From assembly GCA_028534125.1 (NCBI GenBank), contig CM052818.1, forward strand, positions 7,070,001 to 7,134,000: a DNA stretch of 64,000 nucleotides, given 5' to 3'. Source of the stretch: Lama glama (Eukaryota). Under the pieces are notes generated by a model. It worked only from the letters and a program-made list of their open reading frames with translations, searched no databases and was not told the DNA's origin. Shown piece after piece: positions 1 through 10,961 of the stretch (the first letter of the stretch is position 1; each line of letters starts with the position of its first letter). The position numbers were made by a program, and so were the translations under genes.

Positions 1-54
1 AGGCTCATCCTGTGTCAAGTCAAACAATTATAATAAAAGCTTACACCAAAGAGA

Positions 55-262
55 AGACTTACAATGTGCCAGGGACTGTGCTTTGGATACATTCTCTGCT
101 TTAAGCCTCAAAACAGCCCTATGAAAGAAGCAGTACTACCATTGTCAACCCATTTTACAGATAAGAAAACTGAGGCAAAGAGGTTAATTGACTTGTCTAA
201 AGTCATAGAGTTGGGAAAAGTTGTAGGTAGAATTTAAACTGAGGGAGTCTAACTCCAGACCA
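55..262 (-). mobile_element. MIR SINE
   Basis: Reverse MIR core 'cccattttacagataagaaaactgaggcaaagaggttaattgacttgtctaaagtcata'; boundaries approximate. Confidence 0.85.
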
Positions 263-368
263 GTTGCTAGACAAACATCTCCAGCCTGTGGCTGTCCACA
301 TGAAGCCCTGTGAGTGTCTGGGACTCCTTTGGATGTCTGCTGACCTAGAGCTGTTGCCAACCTGTTTA

Positions 369-590
369 GGCTTTGGAGCCAGACTCGGGTTTGAGTCTTG
401 GTCTACGATTCACTAGCCTTGTGACTTTGGCCAAATAAACTCTTAGCTACTATTCTGTGCCTTGGTTTTCTTACATATAAAATGAGGGTAGTAATATCTG
501 CCTAGAAGTCTTGTGAAGATTAAATAAGATACAATGTTAGAGCCGATAGCAGGGTGCCTAGCATAAAATGTTTCAATAAATTCATTATTA
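369..590 (+). mobile_element. MIR SINE
   Basis: 'ggctttggagccagactcgggtttgagtc...tgtgactttggccaa...cagggtgcctagcataaaatgtttcaataaa' follows the MIR consensus from head to tail. Confidence 0.85.
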
Positions 591-1559
591 GTATTGAGTC
601 TTAATCCTGGTGGCTGGACCTGAACTGACCTTTGATTTATGCAAATAGGATAATTAATAACCTGTAGTTTGCTATTGATCTACTTTCAACCTAGGTCCTG
701 GCTGGAGGAAAGTGGGTTTGGTAACTTAGAAAGGCACGAGGAAGTGGTGGCAGGAGGGAGGAGAATCCTACCCCAACTCCCCAACAGCTGGTGCTGAAAA
801 AGACAATTCTGCCAGTTACCCTCCACTCCCTTCTCCTCAGTTAGGGGACTCTTCCTCTCCTTTGGATGACGTTGGGTTTTCTTCCCCACTGTCATGGCTA
901 CACCAAGTTTATTTCTGATGTCATCTGATTTGTGCTAGGTTCAAGCACCTCCCAACCTGAGGGTCAGCCCTGACAAAGCCAAATGCCTCCTGGATTTGTG
1001 CAGTGATTGCAAAGTCCTACCTCACCTGCAGCCACTCACATCCATTCTCACCTCCAAATATTTCAGCCACAGAAGGTGTGCTTTTTGTTAAAACTTTAAC
1101 CAGCCTTTTGCCTGGCTTTTTTTCAGGTCCCAAGTCTAGGAGCTGTTTCTGATCTATGTGGTTGATAAAGGCTTGTACTTTGTACTTAGATCAGACTCAG
1201 AGAAAGAGGCAAGTGGTCAGCCATGCCACAGATGGGAACAGGCACAAAAAGATGGCCAAGGAGGTGGCACTTAATGGTGAATGAAAGATGCCAGTCTTGA
1301 CTTTCAAATACCATATGATCAAAATTTTGCTTTAAAATAAGTGTGTCTATGTAGAATCCAGTCAAGAGAACTAATTTGAAAATACTTTTTTTCCTTTCCC
1401 TGCATTTTTTATTGTAAGCAAACAGCCCAGCATCCAAGATCTTACAGAGGTTTGTGCTTTTTTCAGCTAAGATGGCTTGACCTATATATAAGTATAAAAA
1501 CCCTGTCTAGCTCAAACTCTGAAAGTGGAACTATAACACATTTCCCTGAGATAAAATAC

Positions 1560-1655
1560 CATGAAATCCTCTTGGTTTTTTCCAGGAACCCTTGAGTCCT
1601 TAAGAGGACAGAACTTAAGGCAATGGGAAGAAAAATATCTTGCAAATGTAGTTAC
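1560..1655 (-). other. Candidate 96-nt exon of a leftward-transcribed gene, ending in ATG
   Basis: Minus strand: long polypyrimidine tract ttccttcttttcttggtttttctttcacAG (AG 1657-1656); the segment ends TTTCATG|GTATTT at 1560/1559. Confidence 0.4.
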
Positions 1656-1794
1656 CTGTGAAAGAAAAACCAAGAAAAGAAGGAATTGAAGGGAGCAGAT
1701 TATGAGAAAGATTGAAATAAAATCAACACACAGGAAAAGGCAGGGGAACCCACTGGACACGGCAATCAGAAGCGAGAAAGAACTGCAGGACATG

Positions 1795-1848
1795 CAGACA
1801 GACAGACAGACACACACACACACACACACACACACACATCACACACAC
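1795..1848. repeat. Compound (CAGA)n(CA)n microsatellite
   Basis: cagacagacagacaga followed by (ca)n, directly visible. Confidence 0.95.
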
Positions 1849-2149
1849 TTAAAAGATGAAAGGGAACAAAATTGTTTGTGTGTGTGGAAGAAAAGGGGAG
1901 GGGAGATAAGGGGGGAGAGAGAGAGAGTGAAATTTCAAGATCTAGACCGGGTCAAGCTGGAAGAACAGGCACAGTAAGACAAGAGAGTGGGTGGGGAATC
2001 CCAGAACGATCTGTTTACAAAAGATAGGCCTATGGAAATTCCACAAGTGACTTTTGAGATTCAGATCCGAAATAGAAAAGGACCCAAATCACACGCTGTC
2101 TGTGTGTATTTTAACCAACAGCTGAGGTTCTATCTAGACTAGAGGAAAT

Positions 2150-2800
2150 TCTCCCCGGCCTCGGACACTTCGAGATTTTAAACTTCAACAGACCTAAGTA
2201 TCTTCCACGTGGCCTCCGACTGTGCCTGGGGGCCGGCCAGCGGCCGCGGTCCCGCCGGGCCGAGAAACCCGCGGGAGCGCGCGGCGCGCGGGGGCAGCCC
2301 CTTCGGAACTCCCCTCGCATTGTCTGTGCGCCCGGGAGTCTCCGCTTCCCAGGCGCGCTCTGGGTTATTGTTCTCCCTTGGCCGGCGGGGAGGAGGGTGG
2401 GATGGGGTAGGGGAAGCGGCCGGGAGGAGGGCGGCGGTAGTACTGGGACCGTGTGCCCAGGGGTGGGTCCGATGCCACCTGAGGCTGGGGGGATGCGTGG
2501 GCCGCCGGACGCCTCCCCGGGCCCCCTCCCGTGCCGTTCCCGAGGTCCCCAGCTCTTAGGCGGGAGCCAGGCGCGGGTCAGCCGGGCCAGGAGCCGGAAG
2601 CCGGGCCGGCGTCCCGGTGCCGCGCTGCGGCTGCCCGAGCGCTCGCAGCCCGGGGGAGGGACGCTATGACGCACCCTCCCGGTATTAGAACACTTCACCT
2701 TCTATTTATAGACACTCCTCCGACCGCAGACCTAGCTCGCTCTGGCTCTGCTTCCCTCGTCGTGAAGGAAGGGACGAAAAATTCTACCTAGAATGGAAGA
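2150..2800 (-). promoter_or_regulatory. CpG island 1, promoter/first exon of a minus-strand gene
   Basis: Very GC- and CpG-rich against an AT-rich background; minus-strand TATA at 2710-2703; possible donor CAG|GTGGCA at 2479/2478. Orientation is inferred. Confidence 0.75.
2702..2711 (-). promoter_or_regulatory. TATA box overlapping a MEF2 consensus
   Basis: Plus CTATTTATAG = MEF2 CTA(A/T)4TAG; minus strand reads TATAAATA; lies at the edge of the CpG island. Confidence 0.55.
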
Positions 2801-3524
2801 TCCTAATACGCAATGATAAGGAAGAAATCTGTTTTGCGCATTCCTTTATAATTCCGACTATTAATTGCAGGTCTAGGGAGCGCTCTCTGGCACAGGGAAT
2901 CCCCCACTTTTATGAAGCTTTAAAAGCTACACGACTTTATTTTACATGTCTTCTAAACATATCAAATAAATTCGTTTCTTGTGAGTTCGTGAAATATTCG
3001 CCAAGAATTTGCTCAAACTGGGTAAGACGCAAACCTATTGGATTCAGGGAAAGGCTTTTTCTAGCTGGCTTTCTGTATTTGCTAAACCCCAGCAATTCTA
3101 ACCATAAAATTTATTTAGGAGAGGAAGCATATGGAGGGAAAACGTTGCACATTTCAAACAAAAGCAAAGTTTCTCTTTTTTTTTTTTTAAATTGGGGCTT
3201 TGGGATACTGACTTTATGCTTTTAGATGTACACTATCCATGTAATTATAGGTGATTAAAAATAATTCTTACCTAGTCATAGTAACATCTGCAGTAATTAA
3301 AACAGGGAATGTTTTAAACTGTAATTTATTTCTCATAATTTGGTTGGTTGTGCTGCAGTCAGTCAACACTAAAGAGGAAGGCTGATCCTTATCTTTCATT
3401 TTGGTTTCTATTCAGTTTCACTTTCTAAACTCTAGAGTCGACATAAGAAATACTGCTTTTTAGATTTTTAAGAAAACGGTTATACATATGTAGATATAAG
3501 CGTTTTTTTCATATGTGCCTTTTT

Positions 3525-3835
3525 AAATGATTTTTTTAAAGAGCAATTTTAGGTTTACAAAATTAAAGGGGATGTACAGAAATTCTTCATATACCCTCTG
3601 CCCCGTCTCAAGCATAGCCTCCCCTGTTATCAACATCACTCGCCAGAATAGTACTTTTTTTTTTAAACTAAGGATAAGCTTACATTGACACATCATAGGC
3701 ATCCAGAAAGTCCACAGTTTATGTTAAGGTTCAGTCTTGGCATTGTACGTTCTATGGGTTTGGACAACTGTATAATGACATATATTCATCTTTATAATAT
3801 CGTACAAAGTGTTTTCTCTGCTCTAAAAATCTTCT
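3525..3835 (-). mobile_element. L1 3' end fragment (L1MC-like)
   Basis: 'gagcaattttaggtttaca...catagcctcccctgttatcaacatc...ttctatgggtttggacaactgtataatgaca' is typical of L1MC 3' UTRs. Confidence 0.75.
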
Positions 3836-3980
3836 AAGCTCTGTTTTTAAAAGCGTAGCTAAACCACAGATTGGTTACCATGCAGGCGATTCTAAGACCA
3901 CAAAATAGACGCAGAATATCAAATGTACCATTCTTGCTAACACCTAGTGTATAAAGTGAGGGGTGTCTGTAGAAACAATA

Positions 3981-4219
3981 TGGTTGACTGTTGAACAAAG
4001 AGAAGGGATTGGAGCACTGACTCACCTCAACGCAGTCAAAAATCCAAGTATAATTTATAGTGGTCCCTTCATATTCCTATGGTTTCTTCTGTATCCGTGC
4101 TTCCACACCCATGCATTCAACTAACCACGATCCTGTAGGACTGTAGTATTTACTATTGAAAGAGATCCTCCAAAAGTGCACCCATGCAGTTCAAACCTAT
4201 GTGGTTCAAGGGTAAACTG
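3981..4219. mobile_element. Tigger2-type MITE (MER8/Tigger2a-like), 239 bp
   Basis: Degenerate TIRs tggttgactgttgaaca ... ggttcaagggtaaactg (consensus CAGTTGACCCTTGAACA), TA on both sides (3979-80, 4220-21). Confidence 0.85.
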
Positions 4220-4299
4220 TATTATAACCTGATTTTGCTGTGGAGAGTACTGTGTTCTATTACTGTAGAAGCTTTTAATAAAGTTAAAGAACAACCACA

Positions 4300-4870
4300 A
4301 TAGCAATTGTTAGATTGCATTATAAATACGTCTTTGATAGTAGGTTCCCCTGTGAAAGACAGTTTGACAACAGCCATCACATATTTAAATGTACATGCTT
4401 TGGAATTCCACGCTGGAGAGTATTTGCTACAGATGCGGTACCCACATGTGAAATCACTGGTTGCTGCAGTGTTTGTACTAACAGAATATTAGAAGCAATA
4501 TGAATGTCCTACAATTATGGTACATCCATATAATGAACCATTACATAGCCTTGAAGAAGATTAAAGCAACCTCTTTTTGTACTGATAGTGAAGTATCTCT
4601 AAGATACACTGTGAAGAAAGAAAGCTGCAGAAATAATATAAAATACTATCAGTTACATTACAAAAATGTAAATGCATATATTAACTTTTATGTATATCAA
4701 ATGTATATTTATATGGAAATATTTATGAAACTGGCAGCAGTGTTTGTTTCCTGGGAGGTAACTGGGAGGCTAGATGGGAGAGGAACTTATTTTCTATTAT
4801 CTATCCTTTTGTATCTTTGAATTCTATTCCATGAGCATGCATCATCTACTAAAACATCTTTAAATTAAAA
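4300..4870 (+). mobile_element. Old L1 (L1ME-like) 3' region
   Basis: 'gttgctgcagtgtttgtactaacagaatattagaagcaatatgaatgtcc...ttatggtacatccatataatg' L1 3' motifs, A-rich. Confidence 0.65.
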
Positions 4871-5489
4871 ATACCTTTACATTCCTTTCTAAATTTACCC
4901 ACATATGATAGATCTCTCTTTAATCTGTAGAAGTTCTATATTTGGGATGATTATCCTTTTGGAGAAGTTTACTGTGATGAAACAAAACTAAACTAAACTA
5001 AGTTTTTATCCTCAGCACTCTTTCAACCTAGTTCTACCTCATCTATGAATCGTCATAGGAATGGTTTGCCCAGAGGTTGCTAGAATTCTATTACCAGCAT
5101 TTTTAAAGAAGGCACTCTGTTGGTGATAAACTTTTTTTCTTATTTTTGTGGCATGTTATGAATGGGAGTAATGGCAGAGTTAAAGATCAATTGAGTATGT
5201 ATTATAAAGTAAGTACTTAAAGAGATTTATAACTCATCCATTTTATTTTACACTAGACCAATACCTAAAATAGAGGTTATCAGAATTCATATTTCCTATG
5301 ATGATTTTCTGTATTAGGTGTCAAATGGCTGCATTTCAAACTATTCCAGTAAGGTAATGTGCACAGAGTACATCTGCCTCTGTTATGAAAGTGAAAAAAA
5401 CAGAGGCATTGGGGCAGACAAGGGGTGTGTACTACAAGGTTATACCAGAAGTGAGCCGAATTATTTATGTTTTCAATTCTATTGTAAGT

Positions 5490-5600
5490 ATTTCTTTTTC
5501 TCCCCTTTCCATCTTTATTGAGATATAATTGACATATAGTATTATATAAGGTTAAGGTGTGCAAAGTGTTGATTTGATACACTTACATACTGCAATATAA
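5490..5600 (-). mobile_element. Short L1 3'-terminal fragment
   Basis: 'tttattgagatataattgacatatagtattatataaggttaaggtgtgca' L1 terminus; minus-strand AATAAA at 5519-5514. Confidence 0.75.
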
Positions 5601-6796
5601 TGGTACATTTTTTACATATTTTCATGTAAGTTTCTGCTACTACTCTTTGGTATAACGACAGGAGTGGGTACAGGATTGACTTTGCCAGGGTGGTTTCCTT
5701 CAGAGGACCCAACACCAATGACTTGTGATGAAGACGAGGAGGAGGCGGTGGGGTCTCTTTGAACAAACAGAAATACTGCTCATTTACATGTATACCAGCT
5801 AATGCATGTAGAGCACTTAGCCCGAGTGTGGCAGATTCAAAAGGACTCGAAATAGAATTATTGGAATAAGGAGAGGTTTACAATAGTCTTCTTGGATCAC
5901 AAGTTGTGTTTGGGGTCATAGGCTAGGGCCGCCCATATTCCACTTTCTTAAGAACTGCCAAGTCCCTGTACAATGTGTCCCATCTTCAAATACCACCAAA
6001 GTGAACCAGTTTCATGATTTGTACTGTCTCTAGGCACTACACTATTATTTGTAGAGAATTTTTAAAAACATAAGTTCAAGCTAACTTTACTCTCTAGCTT
6101 AGCTTTGCTCTAAGCGATAATCATGGCTTTTAGGTGTCAGTGACATATGTAACATACATATAATATTAGGATGAAATATATTATGTATATAATATTAGAA
6201 TAAAAAATGTTTGTGAACCTGCTGAAAGTATCTCATGTCGTTCCAATCACCATGTAATTGTTCACCTTGCCATAATCGGAAGAGGACCCTGTGAGACACT
6301 TGTCAGCTACTACTCCCCTCCACATCCTAGATTTGATTGGGGTGGCTGCCCTGGAAGCTGGAAGAGCACAATAATCACCTGCTACTCATGCTGCAAGGCA
6401 GACACTTTTAGGGCAGAAAGCTCTTCCAGCTCCTGGCCACGCATGATTAGACCTGTGTGTATCCATGTGTCTATGTATCCGTATTCTGGTGGACGCATAT
6501 ATTGCTGCTGGTCTCAGCTCAGAACTGACACTTTCCAATGAATATCCTCCAGTCAACTATTTAAGAACAAGATTACATTATGTGGGCAGTGAAGAAGTTA
6601 GAAAGGGTGGGAGTGTTTTGGGGGAAGAGCCCCAGTTTGTATAACCTGTTGGGGAAAGCCTCAGGATACAGATGAGTGAGGTTGTGGAAAACCTTACCTT
6701 TCGGAATTGGCCTAAGATATTAGCCTGTATTATATCATGCATATAAAAATAAAAAAGAATGTAAGGCATACTTCATTTTTATTGCACTTCAGTTTA

Positions 6797-6869
6797 TTTT
6801 TTTTTATTGAAGTATAGTTGAGGTACAGTGTTATGATAGTTTCTGGTTACAGCATAGTGATTCAGTTAT

Positions 6870-6905
<36 letters not shown>

Positions 6906-6995
6906 TCCTTTCCATATTCTTTTTCATTATAGGCCATTACAAGGAAATGAATATAGTTCCCTGTGCTATATACAGTAGGACCTTGTTGTTTATCT
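6797..6995 (-). mobile_element. Young L1 3' fragment with (CA)n, inserted in the Tigger1 left end
   Basis: polyT + 'attgaagtatagttgaggtacagtgtt...atagttccctgtgctatatacagtaggaccttgttgtttatct'; Tigger1 resumes at 'gatattg'. Confidence 0.85.
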
Positions 6996-7306
6996 GATAT
7001 TGTACTTTTTTTTACAAATTGAAGGTTTGTAGCAACGCTGCATCAGGCAAGTCCTTTGGTGCCATTTTTCCAACAGCATTTGCTCACTTTATGTTATTAT
7101 ATTCATTATGATGATCTGTAATTAGTGATCTTTGATGTTACTTTTGTTTTGGAACACCACAAATCACGCCCATGTAAGACATTAATTGATAAATATTGTA
7201 TGTGTTCTGACTGCTCTGCCCTTCTCCCATCTCTCTCCCTCTCCTTGGGCCTTCCTATTCCCTGAGACACAACAACGTTGAAATTAGACCAATTAATAAC
7301 CTTACA

Positions 7307-8884
7307 ATGGCTGCCAGGTGTTCAAGTGAAAGGAAGAGTCACCTGTGTCTCACTTTAAGTCAAAAGCTAGAAATGATTAAGCTTAGTGAGGAAGGCACGT
7401 CAAAAGCCGAGATAGGCTGAAAGCTAAGCCAAATTGTGAATGCAAAGGAAAAGTCCTTGAAGGAAATTAAAAGTGCTGCTCTAGTGAACACACATGATAA
7501 GAAAATGAAACAGTCTTATTGCTGACATGGAAAAAGTTTTAGTGGTCTGGACAGAAGATCAAACCAGCCACAACACTCTCTGAAGCCACAGCCTAATCCA
7601 GAGCAAGACCCTAACTCTCTTTAATTCTAGGGGGTGCTGAGAGAGGTGAGGAAGCTGCAGAAGTGTGAAGCTAGCAGAGGTTGTTCATGAGGTTCAAGGA
7701 AAGAAGCTGTCCATCTCCAGAACATAAAATGCAGGGTGAAGCAGCAAGTGCTGATGTAGAGACTGCAGCAGGTAAGCTATCCAGAAGATCTCGCTAAGGT
7801 CATTAATGAAGTTGGCTATAGTAAACAACAGATTTTCAATGTAGATGAAACAGCTTCTGTTGGAAGAAGATGCCATCCGGGACTTTCATAGCTAGAGAGA
7901 AGAAGTCAATGCCTGGCTTCAAAGCTTCAAAGGATAGACTGACTCTCATGGTAGGAGCTAATGCAGCTGAAAGGTGAATTGAAGTTGAAGCCAATGCTCA
8001 CCATTCTGAGAATCCTAGGGTGCTTAAGAATTAGTCTAAGTCTACTCTGCCTGTGCTCTTTAAATGGAACAACAAAGCCGGGCTGACGGCACATCTGTTT
8101 ACAACATGGTTTGCTGAATATTTTAAGCCTACTGTTGAAACCGACTGCAGAAAAAAGCTTCCTTTCAAAATATTACTGCTCACTGACAATGCACCTGGTC
8201 ACCCAAGATGATGGAGAAGTACAGTGAGATTAATGTTATTTGCATGCCTATTGACACGACATCCATTCTGCAGCCCATGGATCAAGGAGTAATGTCTACT
8301 TTCGTGTCTTATTATTGAAGAAATACATTTCATAAGACTATAGCTGCCATAGATAGTGATTCCTCTGATGGATCTGGACAAAGTCAGTTGAAAACCTTCT
8401 GGAAAGGAACCTTCTAGATGCCATTAAGGACACTTGTGATTCATGGGAAGAGGTCAAAATAGCAACATGACCAGGAGTTTGGAAGAAGTTAATTCCAACC
8501 CTCATGAATGACTTTGAGGGGTTCAGGACTTCAGAAGAGGAAGTAACTGCAGATGTGGTAGAAATACCAGGAGAACCAGAATTAGAAGTGGAGCCTGAAA
8601 ATGTGACTGAATTGCTACAATCTCATGAGAAAACTTTAACAGATGAAGAGTTTCTTATGGATGAGCAAAGAAAGCGGTTTCTTGAGATGGAATCTACTCC
8701 TCGTGAAGATGCTGTGAAGATTGTCAAAATGACAGAGGAGTTAGAATATTGCATAAACTTAATTGATAAAGCAGCAGCAGGGTTTGAGAGGACTGAGTCC
8801 AATTTTGAAAGAAGTTCTGTGGGTAAAATGCTATCAAACAGCATTGCATGGGACAGAGAAATCATTTGTGAAAGGCAGACTTAA
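7307..8884 (+). pseudogene. Decayed Tigger1 transposase coding region (CENP-B/pogo type) and downstream ORF remnant
   Basis: ATG 7307 reads MAARCSSERKSHLCLTLSQKLEMIKLSEEGTSKAEIG* (premature TGA); further stops/frameshifts follow; ORF 8504-8884 is the acidic Tigger1 3' frame. Confidence 0.9.
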
Positions 8885-10085
8885 TCGATGTAGCAAACTT
8901 CATTTTAAGAAATTGCCACAGCCACCCCAGCCTTCAACTAGCACCCTGATCAGTCAGCAACCATCAACACTGAGGCAAGACCTTGCACCAGCAGAGAGAC
9001 TACAGTTCTCTAAAGGCTCAGATGATGGTTAGCATTTTTCAGCAATAAAATATTTTAAAATTACGATCCATACATTTTTTTGGACATAGTGCTATTGCAC
9101 ACTTAATAGACTACAGCAGAGTGTAAATGTTAACTTTTGCATGCACTGGGAAACCACAAAATTCATGTGACTTGCTTTATTGCGATATTTGCTTTATTGC
9201 GATATTTGATGGGCAGTGTCTCTGCAGTGTGCCTGTATAAAATCAAAGTATACTGTTTAAAAAAAACAGTAAATTAGCCACTGATGTGTCTACCACCCAG
9301 CTTAAGAAATAGAATATTACCAGCCCCACTTCCTAACACATTTGCCTTTCTGGCTTCTCTTGGGAACTACCTTTTTGAATTTTATTTTGCTTTATAGCTG
9401 TAATGGTTATGTGTGTGTTCCTGAATAACATAGTGTTTCATTTTATCTGCCTTTTGAACTAGAGAGAGATGGAATCTTTGACGTCTTGCTTTTTTTGCTT
9501 CACATTCTGCTTCTGAGCCTTGTCCAGTCCCTCCCTTTCTTTCCTCTTTGCAGACCCTCAGCCCAGATCCCCTCTGGGATTCCTGAATTTATCTCCTCAC
9601 TAGGCTCTGTTGACAGATTCTTCCCTCCAGAATTCACTGTGCAAACCATCACCAAATAGTCACTTTCAAATGTGAAGTTACATTTAAAACTGTTTTCTAG
9701 CAGTGTATTCAGTGGCATGAGAAATCTTTCTTGCCTTTACAAGTTTTGTATAAAGATATATCAACAATCACACAAAATTTTAACAGTGGCTCTCTCTGGA
9801 CGGTAAGATTATAGATTATTTAATTTTTTTCTCTTTCAATGGATCACATGAAGCCTTGGACATGAAGTTCAGGTGTTCCCTGTTTTTATTTTCCCACCCT
9901 CAGTGGTTTCTGAGGTCTAACCGGGTGGACAGGTGGGAGCTTGGGGCACAGGAGCAGAACACGAAGCCCACTTTCTCAACGACACGTTCATATTCAGAGC
10001 CACATGCTTTCTTTCCCACCCTCAGTCTAGAGCATCATTCTCTCATATGAGGAGGGCAGCCGGGCCCTTCATCCATTATTGCAAA

Positions 10086-10961
10086 CAGGACCAGCATCAT
10101 GGATGTGCCACCTTTGCAGTCGCACAGGGCCCTGCACTTAGAAGGGCTTTCTGCCCCTGTGCTGTCTCCAAAGTCTTGATTTTATTTTTGAACCTATGTT
10201 TTGTATATGAAGTCCAGTGGGACAGTGGAGCATGAGCAGAGGGCATATGCATGCGATATTTGTCTGCTGTTCTTGCTGCCCCATGAGCACAGAATTCTGG
10301 CTTTCCCACTTGCTTGGGAGCTCGGCAAAATGTAAGCGTGTTTCATCTTTGATTGAGTAAGTGCGGACGCTGGCAGTCCAGAGAGGTCACGGTTTCCATT
10401 CAAACCGGAACTTGTTTTGAAGGCAGAAAGAGGGTAAAGGTATTCTAAAGACATGAACAGCCAAAGAATCTAATATCCTTTCTTACTTGTGATATTCCCT
10501 GTATTGGTCAACCACATATGCATGAAATGAAGACGAAAAAGGAAAGGGAAATATAGGGCGCCCCATAGTCTCTCGTTACTCATCAGCGAGTTGAAGGTAC
10601 AATGTTGGTGGAGTGAGCACATGTCAAGAAGTGCAATACAAACAGCTGAATTAGTTTTGTGCGAGTTTCCACTGTTCTGGTAAGAACGAAATATGTGTGA
10701 CTGACAAGCTACAGAATATGGACTGGATAATTTTAGTGATTCTGCTTATAAATGAAAGGGCCTTATATTTGCATTTAAAACTGATATTTTACAACATAAA
10801 AATGAACAATAAAGTTCAGGCTAATAATTTCAATTTTCAAGTTTTGTTTGCTTCGAATAATATTAAATAGCAAAAATTTTAAAACCGTGGCAACCTGAGA
10901 GAGACTTGTGGAGGAAAGGAAAAAGCTTTAACAGCACTTTTTTTCTGGGCCCCACAAATTA
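10086..10961 (+). mobile_element. MER45-type (hAT-Tip100) non-autonomous DNA transposon, long form
   Basis: Start 'caggaccagcatcatggatgtgccacctttgcagtcgcacagggccctgcacttagaagggc' and end 'ctgggccccacaaattat' match MER45 termini. Confidence 0.8.

Larger units (their letters stand above)
6764..9235 (+). mobile_element. Near full-length Tigger1 DNA transposon (TcMar-Tigger)
   Basis: Left end 'aggcatacttcatttttattgcacttc', right end 'gtgtgcctg' + TA; internal sequence follows the Tigger1 consensus throughout. Confidence 0.95.

Noticed and set aside
1512..1977. ORFs with CVCVCV / THTHTH tracts
   Set aside because: Translations of the (CA)n microsatellite and flanking purine-rich sequence
2111..2791. 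Overlapping 60-195 aa ORFs in CpG island 1
   Set aside because: Low-complexity G/P/R/A translations on both strands are expected from stop-poor GC-rich DNA; no recognisable domain
8504..8884. 126-aa acidic ORF as a host gene or domesticated TIGD-type gene
   Set aside because: It lies wholly within a decayed Tigger1 whose transposase frame has premature stops; there is no sign of preserved coding capacity
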